DNA from: the human T2T-CHM13v2.0 reference genome, Homo sapiens | Assembly: GCF_009914755.1 (NCBI RefSeq) | Contig: NC_060935.1 | Direction: 5' to 3' (one strand) | DNA length: 64,000 bases | Part shown: one piece after another, positions 1 to 16,400 of the stretch | Layout of the letters: the number at the start of each line of letters is the position of its first letter | Numbering within the stretch: position 1 is the stretch's first letter | The notes under the pieces: generated by a model | Seen by the model: only the letters and a program-made list of their open reading frames with translations | Told to the model about the DNA's origin: nothing | Databases searched by the model: none | Position numbers and translations under genes: made by a program

Positions 1-285
1 AGGAAGTGGTCCTGAGGGAAGATGGTGCTCAGCTGGATGGGGACTCCCGAATGAGGCATCACTGCTCACCTCATCGTGTCCTTTACAGGAGAGCAGCTGA
101 GCACGGATGGGTGGTTTGGAGAAAATGGGCAAGAAAGCTCTGGAGTTTTGCCCAACTTTATTCAGAGCAGAATAGAAATGCAGGTGAATTGGAAGAATTT
201 GGTGCGGAGCCTGAGGGGCCTCCGGCTTAAGGCTGGGGAGCAGAGGCCAAAGCCTGGGCCAGCAGTTGAGCAATCAGACAACACA

Positions 286-289
<4 letters not shown>

Positions 290-337
<48 letters not shown>
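290..337 (+). repeat. (TG)24 microsatellite
   Basis: Perfect TG run, directly visible. Confidence 0.98.
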
Positions 338-340
<3 letters not shown>

Positions 341-399
341 GGTGGCTAGGGGAAGACAAAGTGAATTAGGGTGGGAAAATCAAACAGGTCAGGAGAGAC

Positions 400-520
400 T
401 AGAACCTAATTCTACCTTTGTCACTCATTGGCTGAGCGGCCTCAGACAAGCAATTTAAGTGACCTTCAGTTTCCTTTTCTGTAAAATTGGGATCATGCGT
501 ATCCCAACAAGTCCTATGTA
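400..520 (+). mobile_element. MIR SINE fragment
   Basis: MIR core-like ...gaccttcagtttccttttctgtaaaattgggat. Confidence 0.6.
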
Positions 521-769
521 GATTTTAGGAGACTGTTTCCCTGATGGTGTTGAATTTGAATGAGAGACTACATACCCTATTTTCCTTTTTTGGCAAAACA
601 GTCATCATTTTCAATTCAACAAATATATGAGTAGTTATTCTACATCCAGCCCAATCTTAGGTGCTGTGGGGGAGACAACAGGTAAGAGATGATGCCGGCC
701 CTTGTCTTTCAAAATTAGAGGCTTGAGAATAACGAAGACACCAGAATCTGTTTTTCCTTTTTGTTTTGT

Positions 770-1997
770 TGTTTAAACAGCTGTGCTGAGATGAATTTAC
801 ATAACATATAATGCACCCATTTAAAGTGCACAGTGTAATGGTTTTTAATGTATTTTAATGTATTTAACCGTTAGGCAAGCTTCATCACAATCACTTTTCC
901 AATTTTTTCAGCACCCCAAGAAGAAAGCCCATCCCCTTGAGCTATCACTCCTCATTGTCCCCATTCATCCCAGCCCCTGCCAACTGCTCATGTACTTTCT
1001 GTGTCTTTAGATTTGCGGATTTTGGACATTTCTCTTTTTTTTGGAGACGGAGTCTTGCTGTGTCACTCAGGCTGGAATGCAGTGGCGTGACTTGACTCAT
1101 TGCAACCTCCACTTCCCGAGTTCAAGTGATTCTCCTGCCCCAGCCTCCCAAGTAGCTGGGATTACAGGCGCCCGCCACCGTGCCAAGCTAATTTTTGTAT
1201 TTTTAGTAGATTGGCCAGGCTGGTCTTGAACTCTTGACCTCATCATCTGCCTGCCTCAGCCTCCCAAAGTGCTGGGATTATAGGCGTGAAGCACTGTGCC
1301 TGGCCCTTGGACATTTCATTTAAATGGAATCAGACAATGTGTGGCCTTTTGTGTCTGGCATTCTTCACATGGCATAATGTGTTCAAGGCTCATCCGGGTT
1401 GTAGCGTGTGTCAATAATTCATTTCCTTTCATGGCTGAATAATATTCCATTGTATGGCTCTACCACATTTTATTTGTTAATCAGTTCATAGATATTTGGG
1501 TTTTTTTCCACTTTTTGTCTATTATGAATGATGCTGCTGTGAACATTCATGTATATGTTTTTAGGTGGACACATGTTTTCGATTCTCTTGGATATATACC
1601 TAGGAGTAGAATTGCTAATCATATGGTAAATCTATATTTTATCCTTTGGGGAACTCCAGACTGCTCTCCAAAGTGGCTGCCCCGTTTTACATTCCCACCA
1701 GCAATGTATGAGGGTTCTAATTTCTCTGCATTCTGTCTCACATGGTTTTGATTTGTATTTCCCTAAGTCTAATGATGTTGAGGATCTTTTCATGTGCTTA
1801 CTGACCATTTTTATATCATCTTTGGAGATCTGTCTGTTCAGATTTTTTGCCCCTTTTTAATTGGGTTATTTGTCTTTTTATTAAGTTGTAAGAGTTCTTT
1901 CTATATTCTAGGTATAACCCCTTATCATTTATATGATTTGCAAATATTTTCTGTCATTGGTAGGCTGTCTTTTTACTTTCTTCACAGTGTCCTTTGA
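770..1997 (-). mobile_element. L1MB-type LINE 3' fragment, interrupted by an Alu
   Basis: Typical antisense L1M 3' UTR (cccatttaaagtgcacag; gctgaataatattccattgtatgg; acattcccaccagcaatgtatgaggg). Confidence 0.8.
1033..1305 (-). mobile_element. AluS with short internal deletion; TSD ttggacatttc
   Basis: Antisense Alu consensus. TSD at 1022-1032 and 1307-1317. Lacks the gacggggtttcaccatg segment. Confidence 0.93.
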
Positions 1998-2327
1998 AGG
2001 AACACATCTGAATCCGAACTGCAAACGATGTCAGTGTTAATTACAATGAAACATCATTAATTTGGACTCTGGTAATTTGGAATGGGTCAGGGCAGAGGTT
2101 CAAAGTTTATTCTTTCAACAGTTATTGAGACTGTCTATAGTCAAAGACTGTGCCAGGCCCTGGGGGTAGAGAGGTGAACAGAGCTGAGTCCTGCCTTTAC
2201 AGCCACAGTGTGTGGTGAGGAGAACACAATTGCACCATGGGAGCCAAGGGCCTGAGCGCTAATGGCAGAGCCAGGTGCTCAGGGAGCCCTGGGGAAGGAA
2301 GAGCTAACTGTTTAAAAAGCATTTACT

Positions 2328-2690
<363 letters not shown>

Positions 2691-2839
2691 CTATTTAGGA
2701 AAAGAGCCTGCTTGTGAAGGTCCCTCAAGCCTTTATGGCTTTTATTTCCATGCTAACAGACAATGTGATTGGCCTTGCCCTCCTACCCTCCAGGGAGAGT
2801 TGGGGTGGATGCCTTCTGCTGCTCCTGGAAGAGTCTAGG

Positions 2840-2995
2840 ACATTTTATCATCTCATGATAGCCTGGTAGGTAAACTATTATTGTCACCATTTACAGATGA
2901 GGAAACTGTAACTTGGGGAGGTTAAGTGACTTGCCCAGAGTGACAATTACTAATTTTTGAGATTAGGATTAGGACAGAGGTGTTCTGTCTCCAGC
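2840..2995 (-). mobile_element. MIR
   Basis: ccatttacagatgaggaaactg...ggttaagtgacttgcccagag core. Confidence 0.75.
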
Positions 2996-4289
2996 ATCAT
3001 GAGACTCTGTTCTGTGTGTTGGACTCCAGACCTGACTGGATCCCAGCAGTGTAAGCTTGGTGTCCCTCATCAGGTAGGACTGATGCTATCTGCCCCAGGA
3101 TGGTTGAGCACTTGGTCACCTGCACCACCCTAAACCAATATATGGCATTGCTGTTGCAACGTTGGTTTCTCCAGGCTACACCACCCTTAGGAATAATAGT
3201 CTGAAGGTATATTTTCATTTGTCAGACATGTGTGTGCCCACGCTATATACTATGCTCCTCCCCCTCCAGCAAGATGGCTGGGACCCCATGTCCTAGCCTG
3301 CTCTTGCCCCTCTGTGGATCCCAGGGGCTCTGTGCCCATCTCTAACTCTTGACCCTTAAGGCCTCTGTGGTGTTCTGATGGGGGTAAAATGTTCCCCAGT
3401 GTCCTGTGCCACATACTGCCCTACAGGGAAGGAAACTGGGCTGCCTTAAAAGCCTAGTATCCTAAAGAAAACCCCTCTCTTGTTTGTGGTTGTTCTTTAT
3501 TGCATGCTCTCTAAGACTTGGCTCAAAGGGCTGAGGTCCATGAGCCATACTGGACTCCAAATTATTTCTCTTCCTGTCAACTCTTCATAACTCTTAAACT
3601 AAGTTTACCATCACTGCCTTTTGTCTCTTGTGCAAATGGACCCCAGTAGTCTCATCCTGTGGATCTTCCATATTTTCCATTGATCTATAGGGGACACAGA
3701 GCTCAGATCCTGACACTGAGACTCCTGGATGTTTTTATTATTTAAGAGGCAGGGAATAAGTATAGGGGAGCATCCAGGCCCTGAGGCTGGGACACAGGTG
3801 GGGCTGTCCCTGGCAGCTTCTCTGCAGGCTTTTTGCAGCCTGGATAACTCATCTCTCTTTCAACCACCTCCCACTGTGCTGTGCACCTGCAGCCAGCCCA
3901 GCCAGCCCCTGCCCAGCTTGCCTCCTGCCTGAAGAACACAGGTCAGTGGAGCTGATTTTTCTGATCTTGAAGGAGGTGAAGGATTTCACCCTTGAGTGAA
4001 TCAAGTGTGTGCTCATCAGTTTGATGGCCCGTGAGTGTCTTTTCTCACTGACACAGCAGCAGCATCGTGGAGCTGCCTCCTCACTGAGCAGGGTAAGAGA
4101 CTCCCAGAGTTGGCCTGAGAGGTTTTGGAGGCACACACTTGGCCACTAGGAGCCACCAGCCCCACAGAGATACTGCTGGACTCCCTGAAAGCAGCCTCTA
4201 GGGAGATAAAAATGTCAAGGGCCACTGGGCAGCATAAGTGAGGTTGTGTCTGCTGGGCCAGGATACCTGCCTTGGGGCGTCCAGAAGGT

Positions 4290-4510
4290 GGTGTGGCCAA
4301 TGGGAGTAGCATGGGCTTTTAGCCAAACCTCAGCTCTGTCTCTCTCTGGCTGTGTCTTTGGGCAAGTTCTCTGACTTCTCTGAGCCTCACGTGCCTTATC
4401 TGTGAAATGTGGGTGATAGTACTACCTGTCACACGGTGGGGTTGGGAGGCAAAAAGACTTAGAGTATGGAAAATAGCAAGGATGACATGTGGCCCAGGGA
4501 GGGCTCAGTA
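4290..4510 (+). mobile_element. MIR
   Basis: ctgtgtctttgggcaagttctctgacttctctgagcctc...tctgtgaaatg. Confidence 0.75.
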
Positions 4511-5399
4511 GCCATTAATATCTCTTTCTAGAGAATCTGTCCACCTCCACAGCTGTGAAAGGGAGAAGAGTTCCCTGGGTCTGGCAGAAGGCAGTGAAAC
4601 CTCAATCTCTTCCAGACCCCTATATTTTATTTTTTTGGATTTCAAAATAGGGCTTGGGCTCTAGAAATACTGGTTTGCCGAATTGGGCATGGAGCCACCA
4701 GTTCTCCCTCAGTGATCAGGGGCCGTTACTAAGTCTCAGTTATCTGCGGAGGAGAGTTTGGATTGGGGGATTCCATGGGATTCCTTCCCTCTGGGCTTCG
4801 GAGGGCAGGATCACTCCGTTCCCACCCCGCACAGGGTGTGTTGGGAAAACATGAAGGGAACCTGAAGCTTCAGCTTCTCCACTGGAGCAGTCCTTGGCTC
4901 TGCCTCAGTGAGAGACTGCAAATTATTTACAGTCCATGGGATTGATGATGTAGAGACTGATGTCCAAGCTTCTTGGATTGGTTTTAGCTCCTAGCCCAGG
5001 AGTGGGCGTTAGGCTGAGATGCCAAGTGGGGATCACTTGGCCCCCAGGTGACCCCTCTGCATCCATTTCCCTGGGCATTCCTTAAGGCTCAGTGCAGCAC
5101 AGTCCATGCCCCTCACACCACTCTGGAAGCAAGGTGGCACACGATCCCATGCAGCAGAACAGTGGGTGCAAGACCCTACACCCCTCTCTTTCACTCTGCT
5201 TCATTGTACCCATCCTGAGGACCTGGGGGGCCCCTGTGCCTAACATCTGTGATTCTGGAGTCTTTAGCAAATCAGTTGATTTCTACGGATACCTCAGAGG
5301 GCTTCTTCATGCTCTGCCTCTACGTTTGTCTTTTCCCAAAGGCCCTAAGCCAGTAGGTTTCATAAACTTTTTTTTCTTTTTTTCCAGCTCTAGAGTCTC

Positions 5400-5856
5400 G
5401 TAAGATGCTACTTGGTTTAGAGAAAAGTGTGCCATCAAATAAGTTTGGGAAATGCTGCATTTTATATATATTCACCTCTTAGAGGCTCATAACCAGGGCT
5501 CCAGCATTGCCCACCTCCCGTGGCACCATTGCAGGGTCAGCACTGTAACCGTGTCTCTGAGAAATCCCGTAGTAAAGGCCACTGCTTAGAATCATCTAAA
5601 TGATTCTTGAAATTATTTAGGTGTTACACCTGGAACTTCTAATAACAAGAGGGTGACCATCTATTAATAATATATAGTCTATTCAGGACACTGGAGTGAA
5701 ACATTACAGAAGACAAAGGGAGAGGGCAGCTAAAAATAATCACCAGCTGTTAATTGGTCTATAGTGGGCATCTATAAATGGGAGTGTCTTGGTGTCTTAT
5801 CTACCAACTTCTCAAGGGACACTGGTATTCCGTGAAACATAGTCTGGGAAATGCTG
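5400..5856. mobile_element. Ancient hAT-type DNA transposon fragments
   Basis: Two gggaaatgctg Charlie-like ends and an agggtgacca terminal-like motif; highly diverged. Confidence 0.4.
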
Positions 5857-5864
5857 TTCCTTGT

Positions 5865-6215
5865 GCAGTTTAGTCAGCACCTAATTGCCAGGCACTGTGC
5901 TAGGCACTGGGGATACAGTAGAGAACAAGACAAGCATGGCCTTGGCTTATATCCAAGACTAGCAGGGAAGGCAGGGATAAACACATAATAATAGATAAGT
6001 GATGTGTGTTACAAAAGAGAGAGTCAAGGGTACTGTGGACAGGGATGGTGCATAGCACAGGGATATTACTTCGTCCAGGAGGCCACAGGATGGCCTTCCT
6101 GTGACACTGCTATTTATTTTGAAGCTTGATAGATGAGTAGTAGAAGTTAGCCAGGCAAGCAAGAGCTGGGGAGTGGAGAGCTTTCTGGGCAGAGGGAACA
6201 GTATGTGCAAATGGT
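5865..6215 (-). mobile_element. L2 LINE 3' fragment
   Basis: gccaggcactgtgctaggcactggggatacagtagagaacaagaca is the L2 3' end hallmark. Confidence 0.75.
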
Positions 6216-6227
6216 CAGGGTCAGAGA

Positions 6228-6724
6228 GAAGCTTTTGGTTGCAAGTCACAGAAAACTAAACCGAAAGCAGCTAAAATGCCAAGTAAATGAATTGGCTTCC
6301 ACAGTAGGAGGTCTAGAGGCAGGCAGGGGCCAGGGAGGCTGTCAGCATTGTTTGTCCTGGTGGCTCAGGGACATCAGATTCAGGCTTTCCAGTCTCTTCA
6401 CTCCACTGTCCACAGCCTCAGCTTTCTCCCAAGATTGGCTTTCTCTCCAAGATTGGCTTCTCCCAAGATTGGATTCCCTTTGTATTGTATTGTGGGCTAT
6501 CAGTAGCATTTTTTTTTTTTCAAGTCTAACATGAGAGTAAGAACCAAAGTCTTCCCTCAAGTCTTAATGGGGCCAATCTGGCTCACTTAACCACCCTGAA
6601 CTGATTATTGTCATGGGGGAATGCCTGGCTCTGATTGACTTAGTCTGGGTTCTTAAAAGCAAAGCAAAACAAAACAAACCAAAATACTGGTAAGGGAAAT
6701 GGGATTACTGTGATTGACTTAGAC
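6228..6724 (-). mobile_element. Ancient ERVL LTR (LTR33-like), left part; appears to resume after 16658
   Basis: ttggttgcaagtcacagaaaactaaac start and repeated ctgattgactta motifs; continuation acttacactaataagagctcattcctggagc at 16659. Confidence 0.55.
6421..6471 (+). repeat. 3 tandem copies of a 16-18-mer, gct(t)tct(ct)cccaagattg
   Basis: Directly visible. Confidence 0.85.
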
Positions 6725-7332
6725 CCAGCGATTGGCAGAGTTTTTCCATGAAGGGCCAGATAGTAAATATTTTAGGCTTTGTGGGCCATATGGTCTCTGT
6801 TATGACTTCTTTTTTTCCTAGAATCTTTTTTTAAAATAAATTTTTTATTGTATATATTTGAGGCTTACAACATGATGTTAGGGGATACATATAGATAGTA
6901 AGATGGTTGCTATAGTGAAGCAGATTAACATGTCTATTATCACACATACTTTTTATGACAAGAGCAGCTAAAATCTACTTATTTAACAAAAATCTCTAAT
7001 ATAACACACTTTATATTAGAGATTTTTGTTAAATAAGTAGATTTTAATCCTCACATTGTACGTTAGGTCTCTAAACGTGTTCATCCTACATACCTGCCAT
7101 TTTGTATTCTTAGACTTATGTCTCCCTATTGTTTCTTCTCCCCCTTATCCCCACCTGTGATAACCACTGTTTTATTCTCTGTGTATGTGAGTTCTTCTTT
7201 ATAAAAATATTCTACATATAACTGAGATAATGCAATATTTGTCTCTCTGTCTAGCTTATTCACTTAGCATATTGTTCTCTAGGTCCGTCCATGTTGTAAC
7301 AAATAGCAAGATCTCCTTTTCTAAAGTTGAAT

Positions 7333-7441
7333 AATATATATATACACACAATGGAATATTTTATATATATATAAACATATATATACATATATATAAACAT
7401 AGATATACATATATAAACATATATATACATATATATATATA
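7333..7441. repeat. TA-rich microsatellite (TATA/CATATA units)
   Basis: Directly visible. Confidence 0.9.
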
Positions 7442-7656
7442 CTTTTCTTTTTTATTATACTTTAAGTTCTGGGATACATGTGCAGAACGTGCAGGTTTGT
7501 TACATAGGTATACATGTGCCATGGTGGTTTGCTGCACCCATCAACCCGTCATCTACATTAGGTATTTCTCCTAATGCTATCCCTCACCTAGACTCCCAAC
7601 CCCCGACAGGCCCTAGTGTCTGATGTTCCCCTCCCTGTGCCCAACGTTCTCATTGT

Positions 7657-11478
<3,822 letters not shown>

Positions 11479-11541
11479 TATGATGCTAGCTGGTTATTTT
11501 GCCCATTAGTTGATGCAGTTTCTTCATAGTGTTGATGGGCT

Positions 11542-12579
11542 TTACATTTTGGTTTGTTTTTGCAGTGGTTGATACCAGTTTTTTGTTTTTGTTTTTTTTT
11601 TCCTTTTTAGTGCTTCCTTCAGGAGCTCTTGTAAGGCAGGCCTGGTGGTGATAAAATCCCTCAGCATTTGTTTGTGTATAAAGGATTTTATTTCTCTTTT
11701 ACTTATGAAGCTTAGTTTGGCTGGATATGAAATTCTGGATTGAAAATTCTTTTCTTTAAGAATGTTGAATATTAGCCCCCACTCTCTTCTGGCTTGTAGG
11801 GTTTCTGCAGAGAGATCTGCTGTTAGTCTGATGGGCTTCCCTTTGTGGGTAACCCGACCTTTCTCTCTGGCTGCCCTTAACATTTTTTCCTTCATTTCAA
11901 CCTTGGTAAATCTGACGATTATGTGTCTTGGGGTTGCTCTTCTCTAGGAGTATCTTTGTGGTGTTCTCTGTATTTCCTGAATTTGCATGTTGGCATGTCT
12001 TGCTATGTTGGGGAACTTCTCCTGGATAATATCCTGATGTGTGTTTTCCAACTTGATTCCATTCTCCCCGTCACTTTCAGGTACACCAATCAAACGTAGG
12101 TTTTGTCTTTTCTTATAGTCCCATATTTCTTGGAGGCTTTGTTCATTCCTTTTCATTCTTTTTTTTCTAATCTTGTCTTCACACTTTATTTCATTAAGTT
12201 GATCTTCAATCTCTGATATCCTTTCTTCTGCTTGATCGGTTTGGCTATTGATCCTTGTGTATGCTTCACTAAGTTCTTGTGCTGTATTTTTCAGCTCCAT
12301 CAGGTCATTTATGTTCTTTCCTAAACTGGTTATTCTAGTTAACAATTCCTCTAACCTTTTATCGAGGTTCTTAGCTTCCTTGCATTGGGTTAGTACATGC
12401 TCCTTTAGCTCAGAGGAGTTCGTTATTACCCACCTTCTGAAGCCTACTTCTATCAATTCGTCAAATTCATTCTCCGTCCGGTTTTGTTCCCTTGCTGACG
12501 AGGAGTTGTGACCCTTTGGAGGAGAAGCAGCATTCTGGTTTTTGGAATTTTCAGCCTTTTTGTGCTGGTTTTTCCTCAT
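11542..12579 (-). pseudogene. L1 ORF1p, broken by a single premature stop (TAG at 11944-11946)
   Basis: ORFs 11944-12579 (MRKNQHKKAENSK...) and 11542-11895 are in the same frame; the intervening codons read RRATPRHIIVRFTKVE; ends YQPLQKQTKM. Confidence 0.9.
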
Positions 12580-13277
12580 CTTCGTGGATTTATCTACCTT
12601 TGGTCTTTGCTGCTGGTGACCTTCAGATAGAGTTTCTGTGTGGTTGTCCTTTTTGTTGATGTTGATGTTGTTGCTTTCTGTTTGTTATTTTTCCTTCTAA
12701 CAGTCAGGCCTCTCTTCTGCAAGTCTGCTGGAGGTCCATTCAAGACCCTGTTTGCCTGGGTATCACCAGCAGAGGCTGCAGAACAGCAAAGATTGCTGCC
12801 TGCTCCTTCCTCTGGAAGTTTCATCATAGAGGGGCACCTGCCAGATGCCAGCTGGAGCTCTCCTGTATGAGGTGTCTGTCGACCCCTGCTGGGAGGTGTC
12901 TCCCCATCAGGAAGCACAGGGGTCAGGGACACACTTGAGAAGGCAGTCTGTCCCTTAGCAGAGCTTGAGCACTGTGCTGGGAGATCCACTGCTCTCTTCA
13001 GAGCTGGCAGGCAGGAATGTTTAAGTCTGCTGAAGTTGTGCCCACAGCCGCCCCTTCCCCCAGGTGCTCTGTCCCAGGGAGATGGGAGTTTTATCTATAA
13101 GCTGCTGACTGGGGCTGCTACCTTTCTTTCAGAGATGCCTTGCCCAGAGAGGAGGAATCTAGAGAGGCAGTCTGCCTGCAGTGGCTTTGCAGCGCTGTGG
13201 TGTGCTCCACCCAGTCCAAATTTCCCAGCGGCTTTGTTTACACTGTAAGGGGAAAACCTCCCACTCAAACCTCAGTA

Positions 13278-13496
13278 ATGGCAAACGCCCCTCCCCCCAC
13301 CAAGCCTGAGCATCCCAGGTCGACTTCAGACTGCTGTGCTGGCAGCGGGAATTTCAGGCCAGTGGATCCTAGCTTGCTGGGCTCAGTGAGGGTGGGATCC
13401 ACTGAGCAAGACCACTTGGCTCCCTGGCATCAGCCCCCTTTTCAGGGGAGTGTACGGTTCTGTGTTGCTGGCATTCCAGGCACCACTGGGGTATGA
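13278..13496 (+). CDS. L1 ORF0 homolog (72 aa), antisense to the L1 and sense to GRIK4; expression unproven
   Basis: gtaATGg Kozak context. MANAPPPTKPEHPRSTSDCCAG aligns with remembered L1HS ORF0 MAGAPPPASLPPCSLISDCCAS. Open to TGA at 13494-13496. Confidence 0.55.
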   Translation: MANAPPPTKPEHPRSTSDCCAGSGNFRPVDPSLLGSVRVGSTEQDHLAPWHQPPFQGSVRFCVAGIPGTTGV

Positions 13497-16400
13497 AAGA
13501 AACTCCTGCAGCTAGCTTTGGTGTCTACTCAAATGGCTGCCCAGTTTCGTGCTTGAAACCCAGGGGCCTTGTGGTGTAGGAACCCGAGGGAATATCCTGT
13601 TCTGTGGGTTGCAAAGACCATGGGAAAAGCGTAGTATCTGGGCCAAATATCACCGTCCCTCACAGCACAGTCCCTCATGGCTTCCCTTGGCTAGGGGAGG
13701 TAGTTCTCTGACCCTTTGCACTTCCTGGGTGAGACGACACCCCACCCTGCTTCTGCTTGCCCTCTGTGGGCTGCACCCACTGTCTAACCAATCCCAGTGA
13801 AATGAACCAGGTACCTCAGTTGGAAACACAGAAATAACCTGCCTTCTGCGTTGGTCTCGCTGGGAGCTGCAGACTGGAGCTGTTCATATTCAGCCATCTT
13901 GCCCAGGAATCCGTGTATTATATTTTCTTTATCCATTTGTCTGCCAATGGATATGTAGGTTGTTTCCATATCTTGGCTATTGTGATTAATAGTACAATGA
14001 ACATGGCAGTTGAAATATCTTTATAAGGTAGTGATTTCATCTTCTTTGGGTATATACCCAGAGGAGGGATTGTTGAGTTGTATGGTAGTTCTATTTTTTA
14101 TTTCTTGGTGAACCTCCATACCATTTTCCATAAGGGCTGTTACCAATTCATGTTCCCACCAAACAGTGCACTAGAGGTCTCTTTTCTTCACACCCTTGCC
14201 AACACTTGTTATCTTTTGTCTATTTGATAATAGCCATTTTTACAATTGTGAAGTGAAATCGTGGTTTTAATTTGTATTTCCCTGAGGATAAGTGATCTTG
14301 AGCACTTTTTCATATATCTGTTGGCCATTTGTATGTATTCTTGGGAGAACCATCTGTTTGGTCCTTTGCCCATTTTTAAATTGGGTTATTTGTTTTTCTG
14401 CTATTAATTTATAAGAGTTTTAAAAATAAATTTTGGATGTCAACTTCTTATCAGATATGTGGTTTGCACATATTTTTTTTCCCAGTCTGTAGGTTGCCTT
14501 TTCATTTTGTTGTTTATTTTGCTGTACAGAAGCTTTGTAGTTTATGTAGTCCCATTTATTTATTTTTGCTTTTGTAGCCTGAGCTTTTGGTGTGCTATCC
14601 AAAAAAATCATTGTTAAGGCCAGTGTCAAGGAGCTTTTTCTTTGTGATCTTTTCCAAGAGTCTTATGGTTTCAGGTCTTACATTTATGTCTTCTATGCAT
14701 TTCGAGTTTATTTTTGTGTGTGGTGTAAGATAAGGGTCCAATTTCATTCATTTGCATGTGGAAATCCAGTTTTTCAGCACCATTTATTAAAGAGACTATC
14801 ATTTCCCCATTGTGTCCTCTTGGTGCCCTTGTCAAAAATCAGTTGACTGTTTATGTTTGGATTCATTTCTGGGTTCTCCATTCTGGTTCCATTGGTCTGT
14901 GTTTCTGTTTTTAGCCAGTACCATACTGTTTTGATTACTACAACTTTGTAATATAATCTTAAGTCAGGAAGTGTGATGCTTCCAACTTTCTTTTTCTTTC
15001 TCAGTACTGCTTTGGATATTAAGGGTTTTTTTTTTTTGTGATCCCATGGAAATTTTAGGGTTGTTTTTCTATTTCTATGAAGAATGTCATTGGAATTTTA
15101 ATAGGGGCTTTATTAAACCTATGTATTGCTTTGGGTAGTATGGGCATTTTAACAATATTATTCTTATTCATTAACATGGGATATCTTTCCATTTATTTGT
15201 TTATCTTCTTCAATTTCTCTCATCAACATCTTATAGCTTTTGGTGTAAAAATTTTTCACCTCCTTGATTACATTTATTCCTAGATATTTTGTTTTTTGAT
15301 GCTATCAATTTTTGTGGGATCATTTTCTTGATTTCTTTTTCAGCCAAGTCATTATTTGTACATAGAAATGCCGCTGATTTTTGTTTATTTTGTATACTGC
15401 AACTTTACTGAATTCATTTATTCTAACAGTTTTTTTTGTGGGTTAAAACTTTCGAGTTTTCTACATATAGGATCATGTCGTCTGTAAGTAAAGATCATTT
15501 GAATTTGGATGCCTTTTTATTTTTATTTTTTCTTATCTGATTGCTCTGGCTAGCACTAGTACTTTTCATACTATACTGAATAGAAGTTACATGGGCATTC
15601 CTGCCTTGTACCAGATCTTAGTAGAAAAGCTTTCAGTTGTTCCCCATTGATTATGAGTTTAGCTATGGGTTTTTAATACATAGCCTTTATTGTATTGAGG
15701 AATTTTTCTTCTATACCTAAACTGTTAAGAGGTTTTATCAAGAAGGGATGCTGAACTTTGTTAAATGTTTTTCTGCACCAGTTGAGATGATTGTGTGGCT
15801 TTTATCTTTCATTCTATTAATGTGATGTGTCATGCTGATTGAATTGCATATGTTAAACCAGCCTTGCATGCCAGGCATAAATCCAACTTGGTCATGATAT
15901 ATAATCTGATTAATGAGTTGTTAAATTCAGTTTGATTATATTTTATTGAGGATTTTTATATTAATGTTAATTAGAGATATTGGCCTGTAGTTTTCTTTTC
16001 TTGCAGTGTCTTTATCTGGCTTAAGTATCAAAAGGATGGTCTTGTAAAATGTATTTGGACGTATTCCCTCTAGCTGTATTTTTTGGAAGAGTTTAAGAAG
16101 CCCTGGTAGTAATTCTTCCTTGAATGTTTGGTAGAATTCAGCTGTGATGCCATCTGGTCCTGGGGTTTTCTTTATTGGAAGGTTTTTAATTACTTCAGTT
16201 TCTTTATTTGCTATTGGTCTGTTCAAGCTTTCTGTTTCTTCCTGATTCAATCTTGGTAGGTTACATTTTTCTAGGAATTTTTTCATTTCCTCTCGGTTGT
16301 TCAGCCTCTAGGTTGAAAAATAATTGTTCAAATTGTTCATAATAGTCTCTATGATTCTTTTGTTTCTGAGGCCACTACAACTTTTAAACTTTGCCATTAT

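Noticed and set aside
16290-16340. Short local duplications (ggttg, aattgttca) near the L1MA 5' truncation; similar at 842-865 and 31851-31869
   Set aside because: Ordinary slippage micro-duplications.
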